Of a stretch of 64,000 nucleotides of DNA, positions 37,753 through 47,727 are shown piece by piece (the stretch's first letter is position 1; every line of letters starts with the position of its first letter). A program made the position numbers and the translations under genes. The stretch lies in the IMG/VR virus record IMGVR_UViG_3300033068_000963, positions 1 to 64,000 of that record, one strand, 5' to 3'. Source of the stretch: a virus (Duplodnaviria > Caudoviricetes). The notes below the pieces were generated by a model. That model saw nothing but the letters and a program-made list of their open reading frames with translations, had not been told where the DNA came from and made no database searches.

Positions 37753-39548
37753 TGACCCGCGTCGCCCTCGACATCCCCCCCGGCCTCAACGGGGACGACA
37801 CCGCCTATGCCGCGGCCGGCCGCTGGCGAGACGCCTCAAACGTCCGCTTCTATCGCGGGCGAGCCCAGGTCATTGGCGGTTGGGAAAGCCTCACGGGTTC
37901 CCTTTTGACGGGCGTCTGCCGGAGCGTCTTTAACTGGACCGACCTGCAGACGAACCCGAACGTCGGGTTCGGCACACACACCAACCTGGAGGTCTGGATA
38001 GGCGGCGGGCTTTACGACATCACGCCGACCCTGGAAATGCCGGCCGTCACCCTTGGGACGGATAAACTCGGCGTCGTCAACCTGTCCGCCGTCGTCACGG
38101 TTCAGCATCCTGGCCACGGTCTCGCCACGGCCGACACCATCATCGTCTCCGGCGCCGCCGCCATCGGTGGAATCACGCCCAACGGCGGGCCCTTCGCGGT
38201 CACGCGCCTCAGCGCCGACGCCTACAGCTTCATCTTCACCTCGTCGGCGACGTCGACAGTCGCTGCGGGTGGCGGATCTGTCGTCGTCATCGCGCCTCAG
38301 GTCGCGTTCTCCGACGGCGCAATCGACGGCACGGGCGGTGCGGGCTACGGGACCGGGACCTATTCCACCGGGGAGTATAGCGAGCCCTCAACCTCCGACT
38401 ATTTCCCCAGGACCTGGGCGCAGGGGGCCTGGGGCGAGAACCTGCTGGCCAACCCGCGCGCGGGGGCGATCTATCAGTGGCAGAACGACACCGGGACCCC
38501 GGCCGCGCCGGTCGCCAACTCGCCCGCCAACGTCACCCACATGGTGATCGCGCCGCAGGATCAGGTCTTCGCGCTGGGCTGCAATCAGGAGGTCAGCGGC
38601 GTCTTCAATCCGCTCTGCATCCGGCACTCCGGCGTGCGGAGGCTCACGGTCTGGAACACAGCGGCCGACACCACGGCTCGTGAATACACCCTGCCGGGCG
38701 GCGGGCGCATCGTCGCCGGCCGTGTGATCGGGCGCTATCTGTTGGTCTGGACGAGCCACGGCCTGTTCCTGGGGAGCTATGTTGGCTCGCCCGGACAGGT
38801 CTGGCGCTTCGACAGAGTTGGCGAGAAGTGTGGCCTGATCGGCCCCAACGCCGCTGTTGTGGTCGGCCAAACCGCCTTCTGGCTTGGTCCCGACCTGCAG
38901 TTCTACGCCTACAACCTTGGCGGCGCCGTCCGCCCCGTGGAGTGCCCGATCCGCGAGGACATGGCCGACAACATCGCCGCCTCCCAGGGCGACAAGGTCA
39001 TGGCGTCGTCGACTTCGACGTTCAGCGAGATCCGCTTCGACTACCCTGATGCTCGCGACGGCACCGAAAACAGCCGTTACCTCACCCTGATCGTCGACGG
39101 GAAGGATGCGGGCGCCTGGAGCCGCGGCGTCATGGCGCGAACGGCCTATGTCGACGCAGGCCCCTCAGCGTTCCCCATCGGCGTCACGCCGGGGGGTGCT
39201 GTCTACTACCATGAGCGTGGCAAGAGCGCCGACGGCGGGCCCTTCGCCTGGCATCTCGAAACCGCCGACACCTACATCGACGACAGCCGCACCGCCCTCG
39301 TGAGGGGGCTCTGGCCTGACTTCGCCGATCAGATTGGCCCGATCATGGTCAAGATCACCTCCCTCCTGAAACCCCAGGACCCAGACCCGCGCGACAAGGG
39401 CGAGGTCGCCATGGCGGTGGGAGACTCAAAGGCCGATTACCGCATCAGCGGCCGGCTGTTCCGGGCGAGGTTCAGCGGCAACAGCGCTCCCACCTCGGCG
39501 AGGTTCGGGCGGATCAATTTCGACGTCGAGCGGACCGGCGGACGATGA
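37752..39548 (+). CDS. Tail hub/nozzle protein (P22 gp10-like)
   Basis: About 600-aa beta-rich protein; NVRF..G...IGGW; CGLIGP. Confidence 0.7.
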   Translation: MTRVALDIPPGLNGDDTAYAAAGRWRDASNVRFYRGRAQVIGGWESLTGSLLTGVCRSVFNWTDLQTNPNVGFGTHTNLEVWIGGGLYDITPTLEMPAVTLGTDKLGVVNLSAVVTVQHPGHGLATADTIIVSGAAAIGGITPNGGPFAVTRLSADAYSFIFTSSATSTVAAGGGSVVVIAPQVAFSDGAIDGTGGAGYGTGTYSTGEYSEPSTSDYFPRTWAQGAWGENLLANPRAGAIYQWQNDTGTPAAPVANSPANVTHMVIAPQDQVFALGCNQEVSGVFNPLCIRHSGVRRLTVWNTAADTTAREYTLPGGGRIVAGRVIGRYLLVWTSHGLFLGSYVGSPGQVWRFDRVGEKCGLIGPNAAVVVGQTAFWLGPDLQFYAYNLGGAVRPVECPIREDMADNIAASQGDKVMASSTSTFSEIRFDYPDARDGTENSRYLTLIVDGKDAGAWSRGVMARTAYVDAGPSAFPIGVTPGGAVYYHERGKSADGGPFAWHLETADTYIDDSRTALVRGLWPDFADQIGPIMVKITSLLKPQDPDPRDKGEVAMAVGDSKADYRISGRLFRARFSGNSAPTSARFGRINFDVERTGGR

Positions 39549-39922
39549 TCGCGGCCTCTGAATGGGACCGCTGCGCTCCCTGGATTGAAGCCGCCCTTGA
39601 TCATAGCGGCGGCTCTCACCTGATCGGCGACGTCCGACACCTCTGCGAGACAGATCCGGACTATCGGTTCCTGCCCGGTGAGGCCTCAGCGGCTGTCGTG
39701 CAGATCATCGAATACCCCCGCCTGAAACGGCTCCACCTCTGGCTCAACGGTGGCGACATGGCCGAATTGGTCGAGGTTCTCCTACCCATCGCCGAAGTCT
39801 GGGGTCGGAATCAGGGCTGCTCCCAGGTCACGACCGCCGGCCGCCCCGGTTGGGACCGCGTCATGGCGCGTTATGGCTTCCAGCCGGCCGCCCGCATCTG
39901 CATGAAGGAATTGACGTCATGA
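39545..39922 (+). CDS. GNAT-like virion assembly protein
   Basis: LHLWL.GG....W...QGC.....GRPGW.RV. Confidence 0.65.
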   Translation: MIAASEWDRCAPWIEAALDHSGGSHLIGDVRHLCETDPDYRFLPGEASAAVVQIIEYPRLKRLHLWLNGGDMAELVEVLLPIAEVWGRNQGCSQVTTAGRPGWDRVMARYGFQPAARICMKELTS

Positions 39923-40830
39923 GTTTCGGCCTGAGCGGCAGCAAGTCCAAGCAGAAGAGCTCGACGGATTCCAACGTCACCGCGACCACGACGCCCAACG
40001 TCCTCGACTGGCTTCTGGAGCCGACCAAGGCCGCGGCGGCGAACATCACCAGGCTTGGCGCAACCGACCCCTCGACGCTTGTTCCTGGGGCGGATCCGCT
40101 TCAGCAGCAGGCCTCGACGACGGCGGCCAGTCTGACCGGCTCGCCGTGGAATTACGACGCTGCGGCTGATGTCACACGGGGTGTGCTGGCAAAGTCGGCG
40201 CCGACGGTGCAGGCCGCCAGCCTGCTCGAAAACCTCGACGGCTACATGTCGCCGTATCGCAAGGAAGTGGTCGACACGACGGCGGCGGACTTCGACGCCA
40301 TGGCCGGCAAGACTCGGGCCGCTCAAGACCTCGCGATTGCGGGTGAGGCGGCCTTCGGCGGCTCCGGCGCGGCGCTGACCAAGTCTGCCACCGAAGGCGA
40401 GCTGGCGCGCGGCCGGGCGACGACCATGGCGACGCTGCTGGACCAGATGTTCAACACTGGCGCGGGGCTCTCCAACTTGGACGCGGGACGTCGCCAGTCG
40501 GCCAGCTCCGAGAACGCGGCCCTGGAAGCCGCGAACCGCGCTCAGCGCCTGGCCGCCGCTGGCCAACTCACTGACATCTCCGCAGGCTTCGACGCCAACC
40601 AGCGCGCCAACATCGCTGCCCAAGAGGCCGCCGGCGCGGTCAATCGCGACATCGCCACCGAGAAGGTTCAAGCCCCCTTCAATCTGCAGGACTGGATCAA
40701 CCAGGCCATGGCCGGACTTAACCCCGACCTGTTCACGGGCAAGACCACGACGGAAGTCGGGACCTCGAAGTCGAAGGGGTCCGGCAGTCAGATCGGCGCG
40801 CAGGCGTCCTACACCTATGGTGGGAAGTAG
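39919..40830 (+). CDS. Internal virion/ejection protein
   Basis: YMSPY..V; AFGGS; position. Confidence 0.7.
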   Translation: MSFGLSGSKSKQKSSTDSNVTATTTPNVLDWLLEPTKAAAANITRLGATDPSTLVPGADPLQQQASTTAASLTGSPWNYDAAADVTRGVLAKSAPTVQAASLLENLDGYMSPYRKEVVDTTAADFDAMAGKTRAAQDLAIAGEAAFGGSGAALTKSATEGELARGRATTMATLLDQMFNTGAGLSNLDAGRRQSASSENAALEAANRAQRLAAAGQLTDISAGFDANQRANIAAQEAAGAVNRDIATEKVQAPFNLQDWINQAMAGLNPDLFTGKTTTEVGTSKSKGSGSQIGAQASYTYGGK

Positions 40831-40833
40831 ACC

Positions 40834-42696
40834 ATGGCCAAGGCGAGCCTCGGCAAACTCGACACCCGCCAGCCGGTGACCGCGGACCTTACGAAGGTTC
40901 GCGACATCACTGCGCGAATGAACACGCCGGCCGCTCCGCCGCAGATGTCGGCCGACTTCATCACGCCCATCAATGTCCCGCAGCCGAAGGCCTGGCGTCC
41001 GAACGCCCTGGCGGTGCTGGACGGGGTTCTCGGCGGCGGCATGACCTTCACCGAGAGCCGCCGGGCCGAAGAGGATCGTCACCGCGCCGAGCTGGCCATG
41101 CCGCAGATGGAGGCGCTGAAGACCCGCCTGCTGACTGAGCTGGGCAAGGCCGGCCCTGACGAGCTGAAGGCCTACCTGACCAACCCGGGCGAGTTCGGGA
41201 AGAACATCGCCACGCGCCTGGCCGCCTCCGACCTTGCTGCCGGCTCGTCGCGGGTCTACGGCAACCCCGACCAGGGCGGGAGCGTCTACACGGCGCCCAA
41301 GACCGACACCGCCGCCGGCCAAGCCTTCTCCTATGGTCCGGATGGGGTGAAGGCCCTCGGCGCGGTCCCCTTCGTCCCCGACTACGTGAACGTGAGCGAG
41401 GGCGGTAAGGCGGTCCCGAAGATGCCGATCTTGCCGCCTGGGTTCGGCGGCTCGGCTGATCCGACGGCGGGGCTGCCGAAGATCGGAGAGGCCCGCCCGG
41501 CTTCGGTCGCGCCCTCGTCCAGCGGCCAACCGCGCAGCGTCCGCAACAACAACCCGGGCAACCTCGAAGACGGTCCGTTCACGCGCTCGCAGCCGGGCTA
41601 CAAGGGCACGGACGGCCGGTTTGCGATCTTCGAGACCCCAGACGCCGGCCACGCCGCCCAGGTCGCCCTGCTGGGCTCCTACGGCAAGCGCGGGATCGAC
41701 AGCGTCGAGGGCATCATCAACCGCTGGGCGCCGCCGACCGAGAACGATACCGGCGCCTATGTGAACTTCGTGGCTCAGAAGGTCGGCGTCCGGCCGGGCG
41801 ACAAGATCAACATGGCCGATCCGGCGGTGCTCGGGAAGGTCGCCGAAGCCATTCGCATCTTCGAGGGCGGCCCGGCTTCGAAGTCGAATGGGCCGGCCGT
41901 GGCTGTGGCGGCTCCCGCCTCCGGTGATCCGGCCGGCACGCTCTACGGCGCCGCGAAGGCCAAGCCGCCGCTTGCCCGGCCCGCCACCGACGCCGAGAAG
42001 GCGGTCTACGGCATCCCCTCCAGCGTCCCCGCCCAGATGAAGGCGGACGGCACGGTTGATGTCATTGCGCTGCCCAAGGGGACGGCGGATATCGAGCGAG
42101 ACGCGCAGGCCAAGCAAGCTCAGGTTCTCAAGGCCAAAGACATTATCTCGACGGTGGACCACGCCATGTCGATGATCGGCAAGGGGGAAGCCGGGTTCGT
42201 GGGGGCCAAGATGGCCGAAGTTCCTGGAACCAAGGCTTACGACGTCGCCCGGCAGATCGAGACCATCAAGGCCAACCTGGGCTTTCAGGAGCTCGCGGCC
42301 ATGCGCGCAGCCTCACCGACCGGTGGCGCCCTCGGCGCTATCGCGGTGCAGGAACTTGTCGCCCTGCAGTCGACCGTCGCGAACCTCGACATCGGGCAGA
42401 GTGAGAGCCAGCTTCGGGGCAACTTGGCCAAAATCAAGGGCCACTATGAGCGCTGGCTGAGCGCCACTCAGGAGGGGCAGGCTCAGGGCCCCACTCCCGG
42501 CCCTGGTCGCGAAAAGGGGTGGTCCAAGGCGCTTCCCGCTCCCCAGGTCGACGCCGCGAAGCGGTTCAAGGGCACGAAAGCCCCGGCCGGCGACCCGACG
42601 AACCCCTTCGTTCCGCGCAACGCGGCGGAGTTCAAGAACATCCCGCCGGGCAAGTCCTATATCGACGACGACGGCTCGGTTCAGGTGAAGAGGTAG
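40834..42696 (+). CDS. Ejection protein with lysozyme-like domain
   Basis: RNNNPGNL..FA.F.....G...I.RWAP..ENDT.AY. Confidence 0.75.
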   Translation: MAKASLGKLDTRQPVTADLTKVRDITARMNTPAAPPQMSADFITPINVPQPKAWRPNALAVLDGVLGGGMTFTESRRAEEDRHRAELAMPQMEALKTRLLTELGKAGPDELKAYLTNPGEFGKNIATRLAASDLAAGSSRVYGNPDQGGSVYTAPKTDTAAGQAFSYGPDGVKALGAVPFVPDYVNVSEGGKAVPKMPILPPGFGGSADPTAGLPKIGEARPASVAPSSSGQPRSVRNNNPGNLEDGPFTRSQPGYKGTDGRFAIFETPDAGHAAQVALLGSYGKRGIDSVEGIINRWAPPTENDTGAYVNFVAQKVGVRPGDKINMADPAVLGKVAEAIRIFEGGPASKSNGPAVAVAAPASGDPAGTLYGAAKAKPPLARPATDAEKAVYGIPSSVPAQMKADGTVDVIALPKGTADIERDAQAKQAQVLKAKDIISTVDHAMSMIGKGEAGFVGAKMAEVPGTKAYDVARQIETIKANLGFQELAAMRAASPTGGALGAIAVQELVALQSTVANLDIGQSESQLRGNLAKIKGHYERWLSATQEGQAQGPTPGPGREKGWSKALPAPQVDAAKRFKGTKAPAGDPTNPFVPRNAAEFKNIPPGKSYIDDDGSVQVKR

Positions 42697-42699
42697 GGC

Positions 42700-44739
42700 A
42701 TGGGCACCTTCGCTGAGCTCGACAAGGCCAAGCCGGCTCCGAAGGCGGGCGGGACGTACGCCAAGCTGGACGCCGCCGGAAAGGCCAAGGTTTTCCAGCC
42801 GGTCGAGGACTACGCGGCGAGCGTCGGCGCGGCCTTCAAGGCGGCGGGCGACGAGGGCAAGAAGTTCTGGGACCGCAACAGTGTCGCCCGGCCCGCGCCT
42901 GCGAACCCTGTCGAGTTCGTCAAGCAAGGCGCCGGCGACCAGATGCAGTTGCTGAAGACCATCGGCGCTATGGCGAACGCGCCCCTGTCTCTGCTGACCG
43001 CGATTCCGGATGCACTGGTCGCGGCCCCGGCCGGCCGAGCGATCGCGCGCGGCGCGGAGGCGGCCGGCGTCGGCGCCTATGATGGAGGCGGCCTGGCAGT
43101 CGACGAAACGGGCGTCAGGCTGGCTCCGCTTCGGCGGATGTCGCCCCAAGAGTCGGAAGACGCCATGCGCGGCGCGATCAACAGCGCGATGATGGCGGCC
43201 AGCCCTGCGCGCGGGCTCCCCTTGAAGGCGCGCGTCATGGGCCCCGAGCGCCCGGCGCCTACCCTGCGCCCTGCGCGAACAGCGCCGGCTATCGAGGTTC
43301 AAGCGGGCGCCCCGATGCCGGATGTCGCTGCGGCTCCGACTCGCCCCTCGCTCAAGCCCGACAACGAAGCCCTGCGATACGTCGAGAAGGTGGTGAAGGC
43401 CGGCGCGCCCGATCTCGCGACCCTGAAGACGGCGCCTGATCTGATCACCGGCGCTGAGGCGGTCGGTCAGCCCGGCAAGGCAGCGCTCGCCAGTCTCAGC
43501 CGCCGGGAAGGCGCGACGGGCAATGCGTTGAATGCCGAGGTCTCCACCCGACAACTGGGTCGCCCAGCCCGCATACTTGACGCCTTCGCCGATGCCAGCG
43601 GCGTGGCGCCGGAAGCGGCCTCGGGCGACATCCAGGCTCTGGTGACCGCTGGCCGAGCCAAGGCCGCGCCCCTGTACGCCGAGGCCTATGCCAGCGGCCC
43701 GGTCGAGACCCCCGCCTTGCGCGGCCTGCTTCAGCGCCCCTCCGTCAAGAAGGCGATGGGCAACGCGCTCAAGATCGCCGCCGAGGAGGATCGCAACCCG
43801 GGAGATCTCGGATTCCAAGTCTCGCCAGCGTCGGGCGATATTCCCGAGATGATCACGGTCAAGAGCCCGACGGCCGAGACCTGGGACCTCGTGAAGCGCG
43901 GGCTGGATGATGTGCTCGAGACCTATCGCGACAAGACAACCGGCAAGCTTGTCCTCGATAATGAGGGCAGGGCGGTCCTGGGCACGCTGAAATCGCTGCG
44001 CCAGGAGCTTGTCGACGCCAACCCTGCCTACGGCAAGGCATTGGCCGCGAGTGGCGACTACCTTAGCGCCGACCAAGCCTTCCTGGGCGCTGGCAAGGAC
44101 ATCTTCAACGCCGGCCTCACGGAAAAGCAGTTCGCCGAGCGCATCGCCAAGATGAGCGCCAGCGATCTGCAGGCCTATCGCGGAGGCATCGCCAACCGCT
44201 TCTACGACCTGGCCCAGACCGGCCGCCTGGACCCGAAGGTGGTCAAGACGCCCCGGGTTCAAGCCAAGCTGCGGGCCGCGCTGGGCGACCAGGCCGCCGA
44301 CCAACTTCTCGCCGTCGCGGGCCGAGAGGGCGACATGCTGGCCTTTGAGCGCCGGTATGCGCCTGGCGCGGGCTCCATCACCGCCGAAATGCAGGCTGCG
44401 ATGGCGGAGCAGGACTCGGTCGGCCGCGGCGCCCAGATGGCTGGGGATTTCGCTGGCGGCATCGCTCAAGGCCGGGGCCCGGTTGGCGCCGCGACGGGGG
44501 CGATTGGCCGCCAACTTCAAGCGATCCTCGACGCAGTCGGCCCGACCCGAGGCATGTCGGTGGCGGCGCGAGATAAGGCTGGTGAGGCGCTGATGCTCCC
44601 GCCGGCAGAGCTCGCCAAGGCGATCGAGGCCTATCGGGCTAGTCGCGGCGTCGTCCTGCCAGGCGCTCCGCGAGCGCGTCAGCTTGCGCCTGCGGTATCC
44701 GGCGCTTCGACGTCAGCGCAGCCCAAACGAAAACCATAG
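42700..44739 (+). CDS. Large internal virion/ejection protein
   Basis: Ala-rich helical protein; AAPLY..AY; position. Confidence 0.7.
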   Translation: MGTFAELDKAKPAPKAGGTYAKLDAAGKAKVFQPVEDYAASVGAAFKAAGDEGKKFWDRNSVARPAPANPVEFVKQGAGDQMQLLKTIGAMANAPLSLLTAIPDALVAAPAGRAIARGAEAAGVGAYDGGGLAVDETGVRLAPLRRMSPQESEDAMRGAINSAMMAASPARGLPLKARVMGPERPAPTLRPARTAPAIEVQAGAPMPDVAAAPTRPSLKPDNEALRYVEKVVKAGAPDLATLKTAPDLITGAEAVGQPGKAALASLSRREGATGNALNAEVSTRQLGRPARILDAFADASGVAPEAASGDIQALVTAGRAKAAPLYAEAYASGPVETPALRGLLQRPSVKKAMGNALKIAAEEDRNPGDLGFQVSPASGDIPEMITVKSPTAETWDLVKRGLDDVLETYRDKTTGKLVLDNEGRAVLGTLKSLRQELVDANPAYGKALAASGDYLSADQAFLGAGKDIFNAGLTEKQFAERIAKMSASDLQAYRGGIANRFYDLAQTGRLDPKVVKTPRVQAKLRAALGDQAADQLLAVAGREGDMLAFERRYAPGAGSITAEMQAAMAEQDSVGRGAQMAGDFAGGIAQGRGPVGAATGAIGRQLQAILDAVGPTRGMSVAARDKAGEALMLPPAELAKAIEAYRASRGVVLPGAPRARQLAPAVSGASTSAQPKRKP

Positions 44740-44914
44740 GCCAATAGAGAAGGGCCGCGGAAACCGCGCCGATAGTGGTCGCCGGGTCCTGCGCCGACGC
44801 TGCGATCCAGATCGTCGTGCCGCCGAAGAGCGCGAACGCCAGGATGTGACCCCACGGAATACGCGCGCGGGGCTCAACCTCTTCGAACTCGGCGTCAATG
44901 ATCTCTTTGCTCAT
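44639..44914 (-). CDS. Two-TM membrane protein (moron)
   Basis: Two hydrophobic segments; antisense to the late operon. Confidence 0.65.
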   Translation of the reverse strand: MSKEIIDAEFEEVEPRARIPWGHILAFALFGGTTIWIAASAQDPATTIGAVSAALLYWPMVFVWAALTSKRRIPQAQADALAERLAGRRRD

Positions 44915-45225
44915 GGAGCGCAGAACGCCTTAACTTCGCGAGCGAGCGGCAGGTTAGAGCCTGAGAGCGCGACCCTCACCGCCTCGTCGCATTTGCCTTC
45001 GGCCAGCAAGCCCGTCACGACCTTCCGTAGGTCTCGATCAGCGACCGCCGCCCTGTGGTCGCTCGCTGAGCACCCGACCAGAAACCAGTCTTTGCCGAGG
45101 CAGGCGCCTGGCGCTGGCGAGGTCGATTCTCTGGTTTTGCAAGTCGTCGTCCCGATGACGTTCGTATCGCAAACCGTCGTCATATCGCCTGCGGCGAGCA
45201 GCATCACCAACGCGGTCGCGATCAT
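44911..45225 (-). CDS. Secreted Cys-rich protein (moron)
   Basis: Signal-like MIATALVMLLAA; six Cys; AAGGA immediately before the ATG. Confidence 0.6.
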   Translation of the reverse strand: MIATALVMLLAAGDMTTVCDTNVIGTTTCKTRESTSPAPGACLGKDWFLVGCSASDHRAAVADRDLRKVVTGLLAEGKCDEAVRVALSGSNLPLAREVKAFCAP

Positions 45226-45350
45226 CCTTCGTCCCCGGCTTCGGTTTGCTTCTGACCCATGCCGCCCAACATGCCACGGCCTAGCCCCGGCGTGAACCCA
45301 CCCAGCCCGCGCCGTCGAGAAGACGCCGCATTCCCTCGAAGGAGCGTCCC

Positions 45351-45578
45351 ATGGATGCGAGCCAAATCCCCACGAACGCCGTGATCGCCACGCCGAGCGA
45401 CACCGCGCCCCTCGCTGGCCTCGGCCTGATCTTTGCCGGCGGCCCGTGCGCGGTTGAGACCGACAAGGGCGACATCGTGATCCTGCCGGTCGACTTCGCC
45501 GGCATCGTGATCCCTCTCCAAATTCGGAGGGTCCGCGACACTGACACGACCGCCACCAGCATTCTGGTGTTCCGTTGA
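45351..45578 (+). CDS. Small tailspike-associated protein
   Basis: A..TPSD....G..IPLQIRRV..T.TTA; AAGGAG RBS. Confidence 0.7.
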   Translation: MDASQIPTNAVIATPSDTAPLAGLGLIFAGGPCAVETDKGDIVILPVDFAGIVIPLQIRRVRDTDTTATSILVFR

Positions 45579-47035
45579 GTCTAGGCCTCGCCCTCAAGTT
45601 CTCCGCTGCCCCCCTCCTCAAGGGTGTGGGGGGTGGCAGGGTCGAGCAACTGCGCGCCTTGATCCTGGCGGGCGGGGTGACGACCTTGCGCCCGATGGTG
45701 GCCATCGGAGACAGCCACACCGACGATACGACGGCGGCCCAATACCTCTGGGACGACCTGCAAGCGGCCTATAACAAACCCGGCGAGGGCCTGGAGGGTG
45801 TCGCCTCGGCGGCCATCGTGCCGAAGGGCAACAACGGCCAACTCCTCTCCAACTACCTGACCGGAGCGGGTCCCAACACCTTCGCCGCCGCCATGGCGCT
45901 GAACCCATCTGTGGTTGTCCCTTGCTGGCTGACCAACGACGTGCGGCTGGGCGGCCTGGGCCTGACTGTCGAGGCGGTCACGGCCAACGGCGCGGCGCTG
46001 CTGAACCAGCTTATCGCCGACATCAAGACCTCCGTCCCGGATGCGCTGATCGTTCTGCGCATCCCGGCGCCCTACCTGACCGTCAACACCGGCGGCCTCA
46101 ACTACATCCAGGACGGGTCGGGCAACATCAACCCGGCTGGCTTGGCCCAAATCTACACGACCGGCGTTCGCGCGGCCTACTACGCCGCTGCTGCTGGCAA
46201 GCGCAATGTGATGATCTACGACCCGCAATCGCGCCTGTTCGGGGTGACTTCCCCAGTGGCCGTCGGGACCAACTTCGCCGATCAGATCCACCAGAATCAG
46301 GTCGGCTACGAGGCCGAAGCGCAGGACTTCGCCAACTGGGTCGCGGCGGCGGTCCCGTACTCGCAAGCCCTGACAGACGCGGCCCTGATCTCCCAGCCCT
46401 ACACCCCCTGGCTCGCCTACAATCGCGCCGTGGAGGACACGAGCCGGTTCGTGCAGATTTCGTCGGCCTATGCCGTGACCATCACGGCGCCCAACACCTA
46501 CGCAGATTTCGGCCCCTCCGTGCCGGATGCAGACCCCACGCTGATCGCGCCCTATGACATCATGGAGCCGACAGCGTCACAGGTGAGCTTCCGTCTCCCC
46601 TCTGGGGCCGCAGCGAGCGCGTCGGCGGCGAACACGCGGGTTACGGGTTTGGCGGCCATCACGGCATCGGCTGTCGCCAAGACCCACACCAAAGTGTTCC
46701 GCCAGACGCGCTCTGGCGACGCGGCCCTGAACGCGGCGCTGGACGCAGCGCGCGCGGGCGGGACCTTCCTGAAGACGGGCCGGATCGGCGGCGGCAGCAC
46801 GAGCTTCATGGATATTGGAGCGTCCAGCCTCACGGCGATCAAGCCGACCGAGACCGCCGCAGCTTGGGTTCCGAACATGCTGGCGGGGGACAAGGTATAC
46901 GTGGAAGGGCGGGGCGGAACGCCGATCACCCTGACCAGCAACTTCGCCGCCTCGGGCTCCAACTGCCGCGTCACCGGACTGGCTGGCTTCGACTACTCCA
47001 CCATCGTGGGCCGCATCGCCATCGTGGTCCGTTAG
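45575..47035 (+). CDS. SGNH/GDSL hydrolase tailspike
   Basis: IGDSH, GNNG, LTND and DQIH catalytic blocks. Confidence 0.8.
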   Translation: MSLGLALKFSAAPLLKGVGGGRVEQLRALILAGGVTTLRPMVAIGDSHTDDTTAAQYLWDDLQAAYNKPGEGLEGVASAAIVPKGNNGQLLSNYLTGAGPNTFAAAMALNPSVVVPCWLTNDVRLGGLGLTVEAVTANGAALLNQLIADIKTSVPDALIVLRIPAPYLTVNTGGLNYIQDGSGNINPAGLAQIYTTGVRAAYYAAAAGKRNVMIYDPQSRLFGVTSPVAVGTNFADQIHQNQVGYEAEAQDFANWVAAAVPYSQALTDAALISQPYTPWLAYNRAVEDTSRFVQISSAYAVTITAPNTYADFGPSVPDADPTLIAPYDIMEPTASQVSFRLPSGAAASASAANTRVTGLAAITASAVAKTHTKVFRQTRSGDAALNAALDAARAGGTFLKTGRIGGGSTSFMDIGASSLTAIKPTETAAAWVPNMLAGDKVYVEGRGGTPITLTSNFAASGSNCRVTGLAGFDYSTIVGRIAIVVR

Positions 47036-47218
47036 ACCCCCACACCCTCACTCAATGTGGGGTCGAGCATAGTCCGCCCGACGGTGCTGTAACACCGCCG
47101 GGCGCGGCCTTCGGGCAGTGAGTCCCTAGACCGACCTCGCGCGAGGCGTCGGCCAGGGACCACGAAAGCTGAGCCATGAAAACCCCCATCAACAGCCGAG
47201 CGAAGTGAGACGCCCGAC

Positions 47219-47542
47219 ATGCTGAGCGAATATCTCCCCATCGGCCTTGCGGCGGTCGCCGCTATCGTCTGGCTCGTCCGGCTTGAGGGCCGCGTGAATG
47301 CTTCCGAGAAGGCCGGCTCCGCCATCGCCGCCACGGGGGAAAAGGCCGACGAAGCCCTGCGTCTCGACATCGTCGCGATCAAGGCCGCCCAGACCGCCCG
47401 CGAGGCCAAGCACGACCAGATGAACGAGAACCTGATCCGGGTGCAGGAGCAGCTCAAGCATCTGACGAGCCTCTTCGAGCGGCACTTCGTTGAGCCGCAG
47501 CCACCATCAAATCCCACCCGGCGCCGGACGCCGCAGTCGTGA
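47219..47542 (+). CDS. Membrane-anchored coiled-coil lysis-region protein
   Basis: N-terminal TM, then WLVRLEGRV. Confidence 0.65.
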   Translation: MLSEYLPIGLAAVAAIVWLVRLEGRVNASEKAGSAIAATGEKADEALRLDIVAIKAAQTAREAKHDQMNENLIRVQEQLKHLTSLFERHFVEPQPPSNPTRRRTPQS

Positions 47543-47727
47543 CCCTGGCCCCGGTCGAGATGAACTATCTCCCGGCGGTCTCCAAGCTCCTCCAGGCCCG
47601 TTACGAAGAGGCCCGCCGCCTCTGGGTCGCCGAACCCTCAAACGGCCTGCTACCCTATCCCAAGCGGCGCACGTCGAAGCGCAAGCCGATCCCCGCGACC
47701 CTGGACGCGCCAGAGGTCGAGGGATGA
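47539..47727 (+). CDS. Hypothetical protein
   Basis: Coupled at both ends. Confidence 0.5.
   Translation: MTLAPVEMNYLPAVSKLLQARYEEARRLWVAEPSNGLLPYPKRRTSKRKPIPATLDAPEVEG

Noticed and set aside
47110-47170. Hammerhead-like text CAGTGAGTCC..GGACCACGAAAG
   Set aside because: The core departs from CUGANGA and GAAA is not adjacent to stem II; kept only as a generic structured region.
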